Shown one piece after another: positions 32,411 to 45,338 of a DNA stretch of 64,000 nt. The first letter of the stretch is position 1. Every line of letters begins with the position of its first letter. The notes beneath the pieces were generated by a model. That model did no database searches. It had not been told where the DNA came from and was given only the letters and a program-made list of their open reading frames with translations. Source of the stretch: Eledone cirrhosa (taxonomy: Eukaryota); contig OZ024754.1 in assembly GCA_964016885.1 (NCBI GenBank), positions 23,436,001 to 23,500,000 on the forward strand, given 5' to 3'. A program made the translations under genes and the position numbers.

Positions 32411-33294
32411 TCTACTTATATATATAACCATCAATTTCTCTGTCTGTCTGTCCGACAGTGGAAACACGTACGTAGAGAGAGAGTGAGAGTGAAAGAAAGA
32501 GACAGACTACGAGAGGGGGATAGCGGGAGAGAGAGTGAATAGACGCTAAAACGTGCTATAGAAACATTACCTTCCCCTCTCCACTGACTTTGGTCACTGA
32601 GGCCGAGGGAATTGCTGGTTGCTATAGAGACACCTTGCACAAGCCAGAAGTAACCAGTTCGAGGCGGTTCTGACTTGACACCATGCGAAGAAGGTTGCCA
32701 TTGAATTTGTGGTTGTTGTTGCTGATAATAAGGACCATTTGAAGAAGGTTGCTACTGATGAGGTAATTTATTAATCAGATTGCGCAGTTCCATAACCTAC
32801 GTTTGATTTGTTCAATTTTTTCTTCAATTTTTTTTGTTGTTTTTTTTTTCATTTCTTATTGAAAAAATATAAATAATAAAATAAGGTTAGAAATTTAAAT
32901 ACGATTTAATTTCCATTTCCAGCAGCCAATGTCCAGTGTTCAATTTCATGAAAAAATTGGAAATAATTCAAAAAATTGAAGTTTAACTTTTGAACATTTG
33001 TTTTGACAATAAAAAAATATTTCCTTATTCACACCTAATGGTATGATTAAAATTTCATAGGATTATATTTTTCTAACCGTCAGTTATTTATTTTCTCCTT
33101 TTTTCGTTTTAACATATATTTATTTCAAAGATTTCACCGTATAGATAACATATATATTTATACATGCATAAAAGACACACAGAGAGACGGTGAACATGTG
33201 GTGCCGAAAACATTTCTCATCCAAATCTCAACAATATCAGTATATACACTAGATGTGCTAGCAGAAAACCGCCCACCGGGTGGTTTTCTGCAAG
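32411..33294 (+). mobile_element. Non-autonomous Helitron-like insertion; left arm only
   Basis: Starts with TC after an A and ends with the hairpin gcagaaaacc..ggttttctgc and CAAG before a T, with no TSD. Absent at the mirror site 43940. Confidence 0.68.
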
Positions 33295-33889
33295 TCTATA
33301 TACATAAAACTGAGGATGTCTGTGTGTGTGTGTGTGAGTTTGAATCCCTAAAACTAGAGAACCACCCAACCGACTGTTTTCAAACTTTACACATGTAATA
33401 CTTATGTTTCAGGGAGTGTTCTGAGCAAAACAAATTTCAAATTTTCCATGCCCTAGGGACCGGATTAGACGATTTAGCGATCTCTCTATAATTCTTAGTC
33501 TTTCTCTTTTTAAATAGATACATGCATATAACGTCGCGCCCTTATAATATCTGTCTGTATGTCTGGCTGTCTGCATTACGTCACTTCCTACACTGCAATT
33601 CGCTCTGCGCCCAGAACGCGCCCTTATAATATCTGTCTGTATGTCTGGCTGTCTGTTGCCTCCGGTTGTTCTGCCACCCTTGCTCAAGACAAATCTCATA
33701 CTCATTCCCCAAACAGTTGGTAAGTGCCGACAACTTCTTCCTCACGTTTTAAGCCACAGTGTTGCTTACTTACGTACCACCATACCCTTACTTCTTTGCC
33801 AGCCGTGATTATGGCAATACTAAGCTTAGCTAAGGTGGTTATATATTTCACAATACCTTATCCCGTGCAACGCCGTGTCCTACTGCTAG
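33295..33889 (+). mobile_element. Non-autonomous Helitron-like element
   Basis: 5' tctatatacataaaa..(TG)n; 3' cccgtgcaacgccgtgtcc..CTAG then T. Mirror at 43345..43939 (-). Confidence 0.72.
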
Positions 33890-33901
33890 TATATTTATAT
33901 A

Positions 33902-34203
33902 TGGAGGCACATGGCTTAGTGGTTAGAGCATTGGCCTTGCAATCGAAAGGTTGTGAGTTCAATTCTCAGACCGGGTGATGTGTTGTTTCCTTGAGCAAGA
34001 CACTTTATTTCACATTGCTCCAGTTTACTCAGCTGTAGAAATGAGATGATAGGACTGGGGGTCCCTATCATTCCACTGCAAAGTGGTCGTGGAGGTGCCA
34101 CGGCAAAAAAGCACCGAGCACTCACTGTAAATGAGGTTGGTGTCAGGAAGGACATCCAGCTGTAGAAATCAATGCTAAAACGCTTATCAACACAGCAACA
34201 AAA
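33902..34203 (+). mobile_element. tRNA-SINE head, truncated at the inner end of the left arm
   Basis: A/B boxes; matches 43032..43332 (-). Confidence 0.8.
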
Positions 34204-34685
34204 TTATAAAAATTAACTTACTTACTAAAATTTCACTCCAACTAATTAGTTTCTGAAATGGAATAAACATGGTTTCCGAATAGAACAACATGGTGAAAAT
34301 CCTTTCGTCATCAGGGAAGTCTATTCTCAGCTAAGTTCCCAGGCAATGCGTGGACACAGGGAACTTATACAAAAATAATTCAGTGGATGGAAAAAAGCAA
34401 AGCGTGGACTAAGTTCCAAGTCATTGAAAAAATCACTGCCTACTTGGTCGGTGGCAAAAGAATCAATCACGTGACATCGAGGTTAATCAGTGAGGAGTGG
34501 TATGTTAATAAGACAGCAGCTGAACCATTACTATGAACTATAGCAGCAGTTTTGGCAAATTTTTGCTCAACAAAATAATTTGGAGATAATTATAAAGAAT
34601 TAGTATATCTACCAATGTTTATTCCCTTTCAGAAACTAATTAGTTGGAGTGAAATTTTAGTAAGTAAGTTAATTTTTATAATTTT
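34202..34685. repeat. Short element with ~70-bp inverted ends
   Basis: 34202-34272 is the reverse complement of 34611-34683. Confidence 0.8.
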
Positions 34686-34762
34686 CTTATTTTACGTCTT
34701 TCATATATATATATATATGGATATATATATGTAAGTATATATATGGATATATATATATGTAA

Positions 34763-34850
<88 letters not shown>

Positions 34851-34855
34851 GTAGG

Positions 34856-34887
<32 letters not shown>

Positions 34888-34900
34888 TGTATATATATGT

Positions 34901-34959
<59 letters not shown>

Positions 34960-34961
<2 letters not shown>

Positions 34962-37900
34962 TATTAAGTTGTTAAACAATATTCGATGATTATGTCAAAG
35001 AATGAGTTTTACAGTAGATTGGAAGCACTCAACGGTCATAAATAATTTTCAGGAGTTATTAATATTAAAATATAAGTATTAATAAAATAGATGTTCTTTT
35101 GATCAATTACATTTTATTATACATATTTAGGATGTACAACAGTACGTCCTCATCAGACAAAATATAATGATACATGACATACGCTGAGATGTTAAATGGT
35201 TAAGATTTAATCAAGCTAGTGATTACCCGATAGAAAATTTTGCTTATATAATATCTGTATGAGAGTGCGAAAACGTAATGAATTCATTAGAGAATGTGTG
35301 AGTAAGAAAAAACGTTGCATACTTAAAGTGTTCTAAAATTTTAAATTGTATGATACTTTAATATATCTAGGGAAACATCACATGAATCATAACAGCCAGT
35401 GATAGCCACTGGAAAAAGATTTATAAGGAGGGAAAGATAAAGTGTGGGTTTTTTTTTTCGAAAGTTAAACCGTTAGAATTTGGAAATATTTTATTTATAA
35501 TATTAATGTGAAGACTCCAGATTTCAGGATTATTTGCTATTTATTTATATATTATTTATATAAATTCGATAAGTGTGTTATCATTTCTAAACTTCTGAAT
35601 TGTGAGAATAACATTTTAAAGGATTTAGCTGGCACGTAAAGAATGAAATATTATACTGTTGATTAATTACCTAAATCTAAACTTTAACAAATATCTCAAC
35701 ATATTAGGTATGTAAAGCTTTTGAAGTACTTATTGTTATAAATATTTGAATAACTATTATGTATATAGGTATATATTAATGAGTCAGTATGTATAAGGTA
35801 AAAATAAAATAAAATAATATGTTACGGATAAAATTTATACATATGTATAATTATTCTTCAACCAAAATATCAACGTATTATTAGATATAGGGATATATAT
35901 ATATAGATATATATTAGGTATTATTAATGTAGTATACTTTAGGTAAATGATAACAGTTATACTCTTAACAACGTGTTACATTTAAATATATATATATAAG
36001 AAAAACGAACAATGAGTGCATGTATAAAGTTCAAAATAATGTCTATAATAATTTTTAGTTTGGATATTTTCTCTATATTTGAATCATGTATATAGAAGTA
36101 TGGTAGGTATATTTAAAAATATATAAAATACAATATATAACTACATATATTATAAAACATTATATTATAAATAAATAAGTAAATAAGAGATCGAAAGTAC
36201 AGCGAAAAAAATTCACATTTATATATAAGTTTGAATCCGTCTCAAATTTAGATATTATAGTGCAGTAAGTATATTTAAAAGAAATATATGCTATATTATA
36301 CTATAAATAATAGATCAAAAAGTCATTAAACATTTGGAGTTATAGATAAGTTTCGTAAAAATGTTTGGATTGGTTATTAAAACTAAAATTTAAAAGAGAT
36401 TACAAATGTATTAAAAATTCACAGTTAAATAAATTCAATAGATATGTAAGGATTAGGTATTGTACTAAATTATAGATAAATGATGCTGTTGATCAAAGTT
36501 AACAAATAAAGTTGTGTGTATCAATGTTTAGGCATGCTAATTGAAATATTGTCATTCATTCTAACGTTGTTTTTTCCATAGATATCCATAAAATAAAGCA
36601 ATATTAAAGGCCATTGATGCTTTTTACTGTTGATTATATATTCATGGTAACAGAGTTGTTATTGGTTCTTTCTTTCTCGTTTTAGATTACAAATGTTTTA
36701 GATTACAACTGTATTAAAAATTCACAGTTAAATAAATTCAATAAATGTGTAAGGATTAGGTATTGTACTAAATTATAGATAAATGATGGTGTTGATCAAA
36801 GTTAACAAATAAAGTTGTGTGTATCAATGTTTAGGCATGCTAATTGAAATATTGTCATTCATTCTAACGTTGTTTTTTCATAGATATCCATAATATAAAG
36901 CAATATTAAAGGCCATTGATGTTTTTTACTGTTGATTATATATTCCTGGTAACCGAGTTGTTATTGGTTCTTTCTTGTTTTAGATTACAAATGTTTTAGA
37001 TTACAAATGTATTAAACATTCACAGTTAAATACATTCTATAGATATGTAAGGATTAGGTATTGTACTAAATTATAGATAAATGATGGTGTTGATCCAAGT
37101 TAACGAATAAAGTTGTGTGTATCAATGTTTAGGCATGCTAATTGAAATATTGTCATTCATTCTAACGTTGTTTTTCTATAGATATCCATAAAATAAAGCA
37201 ATATTAAAGGCCATCGATGTTTTTTACTGTTGATTATATAGTCCTGGTAACCGAGTTATTATTTGTTCTTTCTTTTTTGAAGCAATTAGAGAATAATTCA
37301 CTTTTTTTGTTAATTAATGTCTCATAATTATTAATAATCAACAGGGTCTCCATTGTACAGAGCGGGGAGTTGTTTGATATACTAGAGTTGCGGTAAATTC
37401 CACAGTTCCGAAGTTTTGTCCAAAGAATGGAGTTTCCAGGCTCTTCTCTTTTAAAGACCATATGAGCTGTGATAAAGACGTGGATGATTTCTTCTTAGAG
37501 TTCGAGAATGAGCATTTATGGTTCGCGAAACGAAGTTTGAATGTGGACGAGGTTGATCTAATGTAATTGTATGTTTTATGGTCAGTTTCTTTTATTTTTA
37601 ATACATTTGTAATCTCTTTTAAATTTAAGTTTTAATACCCAAACCAAACATTTTTACGAAACTTATCTATAACTCCAAATGTTTAATGACTTTTTGATCT
37701 ATTATTTATAGTATAATATAGCATATATTTCTTTATAATATACTTACTGCACTATAATATCTAAATTTGAGACGGATTCAAACTTATATATAAATGTGAA
37801 TTTTTTTCGCTGTACTTTCGATCTCTTATTTATTTATTTATTTATTTATAATATAATGTTTTATAATATATATGTAGTTATATATTGTATTTTATATATT

Positions 37901-39069
37901 TTTAAATATTTTTAAATATACCTACCATACTTCTATATACATGATTCAAATATAGAGAAAATATCCAAACTAAAAATTATTATACACATTGTTTTGAACT
38001 TTATACATGCACTCATTGTTCGTTTTTCTTATATATATATATATTTAAATGTAACACGTTGTTAAGAGTATAACTGTTATCATTTACCTAAAGTATACTG
38101 CATCAATAATACCTAATATATATCTATATATCTATATCCCTATATCTAATAATACGTTGATATCTTGGTTGAAGAATAATTATACATATGTATAAATTTT
38201 ATCCGTAACATATTATTTTATTTTATTTTTACCTTATACATACTGACTCATTAATATATACCTATATACATAATAGTTATTCAAATATTTATAACAATAA
38301 GTACTTCAAAAGCTTTACATACCTAATATGTTGAGATATTTGTTAAAGTTTAGATTTAGGTAATTAATCAACAGTATAATATTTCATTCTTTACGTGCCA
38401 GCTAAATCCTTTAAAATGTTATTCTCACAATTCAGAAGTTTAGAAATGATAACACACTTATCGAATTTATATAAATAATATATAAATAAATAGCAAATAA
38501 TCCTGAAATCTAAGAGTCTTCACATTAATATTATAAATAAAATATTTCCAAATTCTAACGGTTTAACTTTCGAAAAAAAAAAACCCACACTTTATCTTTC
38601 CCTCCTTATAAATCTTTTTCCAGTGGCTATCACTGGCTGTTATGATTCATGAGATGTTTCCCTAGATATATTAAAGTATCATACAATTTAAAATTTAGAA
38701 CACTTTAAGTATGCAACGTTTTTTCTTACTCACACATTCTCTAATGAATTCATTACGTTTTCGCACTCTCATACAAATATTATATAAGCAAAATTTTGTA
38801 TCGGGTAATCACTAGCTTGATTAAATCTTAACCATTTAACATCTCAGGGTATGTCATGTATCATTATATTTTGTCTGATGAGGACGTACTGTTGTACATC
38901 CTAAATATGTATAATAAAATGTAATTGATCAAAAGAACATCTATTTTATTAATACTTATATTTTAATATTAATAACTTCTGAAAATTATTTATCACCGTT
39001 GAGTGCTTCCAATCTACTGTAAAACTCATTCTTTGACATAATCATGGAATATTGTTTAACAACTTAATA

Positions 39070-39072
<3 letters not shown>
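34960..39072 (-). mobile_element. 5'-truncated Penelope-like element with ~1.45-kb inverted 3' repeat
   Basis: The minus strand at 37260-37590 encodes the GIY-YIG C-terminal half (YI.ST..FKLRFANHK.SF, SLSQLIW, LC..E, LINKKSELFSNC). 34960-36415 is the reverse complement of 37597-39072. A degenerate HHR lies at 38871..38915 (CTGATGA..TAAA). Confidence 0.78.
36397..37275. repeat. Three tandem ~300-bp units
   Basis: agattacaa.tgtattaaa recurs near 36397, 36700 and 36998. Confidence 0.9.
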
Positions 39073-39124
<52 letters not shown>

Positions 39125-39168
39125 ACATATATATACATATATATGTGTGTATATATATATATATATAC

Positions 39169-39200
<32 letters not shown>

Positions 39201-39419
39201 TTATATATATATATACTTACATATATATATATCCATATATATATACACTTACATATATATATCCATATATATATATATAATATATACTTATATATATATA
39301 TATACTTATATATATATATATATATATACTTATATACGTATATACATATATATGTATATATATATATCCATATATATATATATACTTATATATGTATATA
39401 TATATATAATATATATGTA

Positions 39420-40232
39420 TGTATTTTTTCTCGCGAGCCAGTTCTTTCATTACTACGGTCCCCGCGGCTGAATTACCAGTCGCTATCTTCAATTTGCAAA
39501 GCCCTTTAAACTGAATGTTATTACTCTAAGGTTTTATACCTTATCAAGCGCTTAGCTGCACTTCTGAATACATTCGTCGGCGTAGCTGTGGCTCGAACTT
39601 CAAATATGCTGTACTTCCATTTGCTTTACTATCTCCCAGACCTAATGATTAATTGATTAATTTAATTAGACAATTCTAATGATTGGTTAATTATTTATGT
39701 TTGTTCAATAACGATCTGGTTGAGTGCTTAATTCATTTCGTGTACGGAACTTAGTCCGTTGCTCATAATTTGAATTTGACCGCCAAAAACCGGTTGTTAG
39801 ATCCCTTTGGAGAAACATGTGCTCCCACAACCGGACTGGCGTCTGAACGGAAGTCTGTTGAGAAAGTAAATCCTTTGTTCGATATTCCAGAACTCGCAAC
39901 TTGCATACACCGCAAGCGGATTTTGTAGATTTCGGATTTACAGAAACCTAACTGAGATATTGCAAAATATCGAAGTGATGGTCCAGGTTTGTTATATATA
40001 TATATGTGTATATATATATATTTATATGTGTATCTTTTCTCGCGAGTCAGTTCTTTCGTTGCTACGGTCCCCACGGCTGAATTACCAGTTGCTATCTTCA
40101 ATTTGCAAAGCCCTTTAAACGGTATGTTATTACTCTAAGGTTTTATACCTTATTGAGTGCTTGGCTGCACTTCTGATTGCATTCGTTGGCTTAGCTGCGG
40201 CTCGAGCTTCGAATATGCTGTACTTCCATTTA
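39420..40232. repeat. ~200-bp direct repeat pair (39420..39622, 40030..40232), probable PLE pseudo-LTR remnant
   Basis: ttttctcgcgag.cagttctttc..ctgtacttccattt occurs twice. Confidence 0.65.
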
Positions 40233-40294
40233 TATATATATACATATATATATACCTACATATATATACTTACATATATATGTATATATATATA

Positions 40295-40357
<63 letters not shown>

Positions 40358-40638
40358 ACATATATATGTATATATATATATATACCTACATATATGTATA
40401 TATATATATATATAAACATATATGTATATATATATATATATACATTATGAAGAGAGAAGAAACATTTAGATATAATTAGTAATAAAATGTATCATACCTC
40501 CGTGGTATTTTCTTCGTGGTTATAAGAGGCTTAGCTCTGTTTCTCGACCGTTATATCGCGTGACTGTCTCCCCCTCCGCCTTTTGGGATTCTTTCTCACG
40601 TCGTGTAGACGCGTTCTTGAGACTAGTAAAATGAGGTA

Positions 40639-40726
40639 TCCTCTTGATAAGTCGGCAGACCTCGCAAGGACTCTATATCTTTGATATATTGTTTTTGTTT
40701 ATGCCACGAAACTACGTAGTCGAGGA
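40639..40726 (+). ncRNA. Type I hammerhead ribozyme, U3-A8 core, long stem II loop
   Basis: tcctc TTGATAA gtcggca...tgccac GAAA ctacgtag TC gagga: palindromic stem III, GUC at 40719-40721. It lies in element 40442..40960, which has an inverted end. Confidence 0.78.
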
Positions 40727-40957
40727 ATTTAGGAACAGTTTAGGTATGATACATTTTATTACTAATTATATCTAAATGTTTCTTCTCTCTTCATAATGTA
40801 TTTTTAACTCTGATACTGGTTCAGTCTGGTTCAAACTGAATTGGTCTGTCCCAGTCATTCATTGAGCAACATCGGTGAAGTTGGCACCCTTAACTCACAG
40901 TTGGGTGCGGATGCATTCATGTATATATGTGTGTGTCCGCATGTATCTGTGTGTTTC

Positions 40958-41004
<47 letters not shown>

Positions 41005-41114
41005 ACATATATATGTATATATATATACCTATATATGTATAGTCATATATATACTTACATATATGTATATATATATACCTACATAGAAATTCTATAAGAA
41101 TCAAACATTCATGA

Positions 41115-41206
41115 TTTTCAGCAAACAGGTGGAGTACTTGGCTTTGATAAGTACCAATCAGTACGAAACATAGCTATGTTCGCTTTATCTCCCCTGTTTG
41201 CTGAAA
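41115..41206 (+). ncRNA. Hammerhead ribozyme in a dispersed copy (41085..41350) of the 320-bp repeat family
   Basis: TTGATAA gtac caatca gtac GAAA catagctatg TT, enclosed by the ttttcagcaaacagg / cctgtttgctgaaaa stem. Confidence 0.75.
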
Positions 41207-41540
41207 ATTTAAAGTAAGTGAGACTGTCACTACTCTAAAACAATAGCATAAGGTCTTCGAAATGCTTTTAATTAAGCATACAGTGTATTGCAAAATACAC
41301 TATATATACATTCATATATATATCGCTATTTCAGAGCGCCAATTCTAATATATATATATATATATACCTACATATATATGTATATATATATATATATATA
41401 CCTATATATATGTATAGTTATATATATACCTACATATATGTATATACATATATACCTACATATATATGTATATATATATATATACCTATATATATGTATA
41501 GTTATATATATACCTACATATATGTATATACATATATACC

Positions 41541-41601
<61 letters not shown>

Positions 41602-41604
41602 ACA

Positions 41605-43332
41605 TCATCATCATCTTCAGTTTATGTCCGCTCTTCCCTGCTTGCAAGGGTGGGACGTTTTCTACTCTCCCATTCGTTTTCCACATTCATCAGTCTCTCA
41701 TAATGACATTTCCACGCCTCCTTTTTCTGATCATTCGTGACACTAAGTACACCAGCATCATTCCGGACACATTTATCTCCAACAACATCCTGATTTGCAT
41801 TGACACACTGCCTTGCAATGTGGAACACCGCACGCCTCTGATCTTCCCGTCGCAGAACATTGGCAAACCTCCTACTCTCAGCCTCCCTGAGTGCTAAGTA
41901 CACCTGACATCTAGCTTCTCTCTTAGTGGCTGTATATCCTTCCCTACTCCCACCCTTTATCCAAGCCTTCCATGCTAGTCTTTTGTCTCTAATAGCCTTA
42001 TCTACTGTGCTGTTCCACCACCAGGTCACTCTCTGTCTGGTTGGAGCTCTGCTCCAGCCACAAGTTTCATCAGTAGTCTGCAGTAAGTTGTCACGTAAGA
42101 AATTACAGTTATTATCTATGTCATACGTCTCTAAATCGTCTTCTTTTTCGTCATACACATCTTGAAGGGCTTTCCTAAATTTGTATTTTAGTGAAAGGTC
42201 TTTTAGCTTCCAGACCTTTCTTCTCTACACTTTCCTGTATGTCTCATTCCATCTCTTGCTTACTGAGATATCACTAACGACTAACCTATGCTGCGGGCTA
42301 CATTCTTCCCCAGGGTATGCCTTGGTATTAGACACTATCTGCCTGTCCCGCAGCCTAACTAGTAAGAAGTCAATCTGGCTTATGTGCTCGCCAGATTTGT
42401 AGGTTATTAGGTGGATGGCAGGTTTCTGGAAGTTAGTGTTGCAAATAGTCAGTGTACCTGCATCACAAAATTCAAGAAGTCTCACTCCTTCTTCATTTCT
42501 TGAGCCGTAACCGTGCCCACCATGTACCCCAGTGTAACCATCCTGGAGCTGTCCAACCTGACCATTGAAGTCCCCTGCTAACATAACGATGTCTCCATCC
42601 TCTGTCATTGCGGTTGTTTGTAAAAGTTGCTCGTAAAAGCACTCTTTCTCATCTTTGCCTAGGCCTGCTTGGGGAGCATAGGCAGAGATGATTGTCAGTA
42701 GTCTCCTGCCTACAACTAATCTAAGCTTAATTATTCGATTACTAACTCGAACTACCTCTACTGTCTTATTGATCCATCTCTCACCCAGGAAAATGCCTAC
42801 TCCCCCCAACCCATCATCCTTACCTACCCAAAAAAGCTTATAGCTAAGATGTTTGCCTACGACTAGTCTCACAGAGGCACCTCTCCATCTCACCTCTTGC
42901 ACGCAGCACACATCCACATGCCTTCTCTCCAGCATCTCCGCTATTTCAGCAGATCTACCTCTGAGTGTGCCAATATTAAGTGTTGCAACTCTGAGATGTG
43001 ACGTCTTCATATTTTGTTGTTGTTCCTATCTATTTGTTGCTGTGTTGATAAGCGTTTTAGCATTGTTTTCTACAGCTGGATGCCCTTCCTAACACCAACC
43101 TTATTTACAGTGAGTGCTGGGTGCTTTTTTGCCGTGGCACCTCCACGACCACTTTGCAGTGGAATGATAGGGACCCCAGTCCTATCATCTCATTTCTACA
43201 GCTGAGTAAACTGGAGCAATGTGAAATAAAGTGTCTTACTCAAGGAAACAACACATTACCCGGTCTGAGAATTGAACTCACAACCTTTCGATTGCAAGGC
43301 AAATGCTCTAACCACTAAGCCATGTGCCTCCA
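41605..43332 (-). mobile_element. tRNA-SINE head fused to an internally deleted RTE LINE (APE domain retained, RT absent) with (GAT)n tail
   Basis: The SINE head 43332-43070 runs into ORF 43010..42225 (complete APE: LNIGTL, VQE, AYAPQ, GDFN, QIDF, QHR). After an in-frame TAG comes ORF 42158..41622, which jumps at ~41670 to the 3' tail. Confidence 0.8.
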
Positions 43333-45262
43333 TATATATATATACTAGCAGTGGGACACGGCGTTGCACGGGATAAGGTATTGTGAAATATATAACCACC
43401 TTAGCTAAGCTTAGTATTGCCATAATCACGGCTGGCAAAGAAGTAAGGGTATGGTGGTACGTAAGTAAGCAACACTGTGGCTTAAAACGTGAGGAAGAAG
43501 TTGTCGGCACTTACCAACTGTTTGGGGAATGAGTATGAGATTTGTCTTGAGCAAGGGTGGCAGAATAACCGGAGGCAACAGACAGCCAGACATACAGACA
43601 GATATTATAAGGGCGCGTTCTGGACGCAGAGCGAATTGCAGTGTAGGAAGTGACGTAATGCAGACAGCCAGACATACAGACAGATATTATAAGGGCGCGA
43701 CGTTATATGCATGTATCTATCTAAAAAGAGAAAGACTAAGAATTATAGAGAGATCGCTAAATCGTCTAATCCGGTCCCTAGGGCATGGAAAATTTGAAAT
43801 TTGTTTTGCTCAGAACACTCCCTGAAACATAAGTATTACATGGGTAAAGTTTGAAAACAGTCGGTTGGGTGGTTCTCTAATTTTAGGGATTCAAACTCAC
43901 ACACACACACACAGACATCCTCAGTTTTATATATATAGATTATTCAAAATATTAATAAATGAAAAATATTCTCATAATCAAAATATATATTTTATTATAC
44001 ATATTTCAAGGGTACAATGGTGTTTAAGTAAGTTTTCATGAGATAAAATATATAAGAGATTGGATATGCGACATACCGCTACAGTTTTGATTATTCAATT
44101 CCAATAGTGGCAGTAATTTATTTCACCAACCCTCAACGTTTTTATACCATAAATAATATGATACACTTAGAGAAGAAGAGGACGTAGAGCAAGGTAGAAA
44201 TATAGAAGGGGAGTTGAGATGGAAGATGGGAAGATAAAGAAGGGAAATAAACAAATAAATAAATAAATAAAAGAAGAAAAAGAGAAGATGTAGAGAGAGA
44301 AAAAGGGGAATAAAAACAGAAGGGAAGATGTGGGGGAGAAAAAAGAGAAAAGAGGGGGTATAAAGAAAAATGAAGAAGAGGAAAAGGAAAAGTTAAAATA
44401 GAGGGGGGAATAAAAAACCATTGTATTCAAATGCTAGACAAAATTAGAAATTAAACATTTTTTCATATTTATCAGTTTTGAATTGGATAATGCTTTAGTT
44501 AATTATAAGTTTATATTATATCCGGATTATTATGCATAGATTACTTTCTATAGCAATCAAATATTTAAGTTAATTACAAATTAATATGTTTAAATTAATT
44601 TAATTTAATTTAGCTCATTCTAGATTATTATATTTTGTTTTATTATAAGGTAAGATAGTCTATTAGTTATATATATGTATATATATGTATATATATATAT
44701 ATATATATATCAAAGGTATATATTGAGTTAGAAACTCAAAATAGTCTCTTACAATAAAATAGCTCTAAGAAAGAGATATTTCCGAGCTGTATATTATAAT
44801 TGAATATAAAAGAAAAACGAACACAGATATATACATATATGTGTTCAAATCGTAAGGGACCAGATTTGCTAAGGTGAAAAGAATACTAACTATAGACAAT
44901 AGGGTTTGCCTGTCTCAATTTAAGAAAAAATCAAGAAAATAAATACAAACCAATTTGAACACTTATATGTATATATATGTGTTCGTTTTTCTTTTATATT
45001 CAATTATAATATACGGCTCGGAAATATTTCTTTCTTAGAGCCATTTTATTGTAATAGACTATTTTGAGTTCCGAACTCAATATATACCTTTGATATATTC
45101 GGCTCCGTTAATTTGTTGAGCTATTTCAAATGTCGAATAAACCTGGCTGCTATTTTTAGTGGTGTAAGTTTGTGAGACACGCTAAGATACCATGTGCGTT
45201 ATTATATATAGCACACAATTCAGTTTCTTAATATACTTAGAAGTCTCTAGGATACTAATTCT

Positions 45263-45338
45263 TCACCCACTGATGAGCAAGAATTGGTATTTCTATTCAC
45301 AATTAGTATTGCGAAACAGCACCAAATTGTCTGGGTGA
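45263..45338 (+). ncRNA. Canonical type I hammerhead ribozyme
   Basis: tcaccca CTGATGA gcaa..ttgc GAAA cag caccaaa ttg TC tgggtga: 7-bp stem I, canonical core, GUC at 45329-45331. Confidence 0.82.

Noticed and set aside
32755-32770. CTGATGAG hammerhead core-like word
   Set aside because: No stem II or downstream GAAA with pairing arms.
33902-33975. tRNA-like sequence with A and B boxes (also 17466, 25407, 43260, 55830)
   Set aside because: No proper acceptor stem, and it continues into a SINE body; SINE head rather than tRNA gene.
34262-34320. Minus-strand CTGATGA cgaa..ttcg GAAAC
   Set aside because: Stem II is present but no stem I partner follows the putative cleavage site; at most a broken remnant, so not counted.
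36397-37275. Second retrozyme-like array
   Set aside because: No hammerhead core found on either strand of the ~300-bp unit.
42225-42227. In-frame TAG in the RTE ORF as an editable amber/Trp site
   Set aside because: A single transition in a decayed, RT-less element explains it, and read-through would add only a truncated linker.
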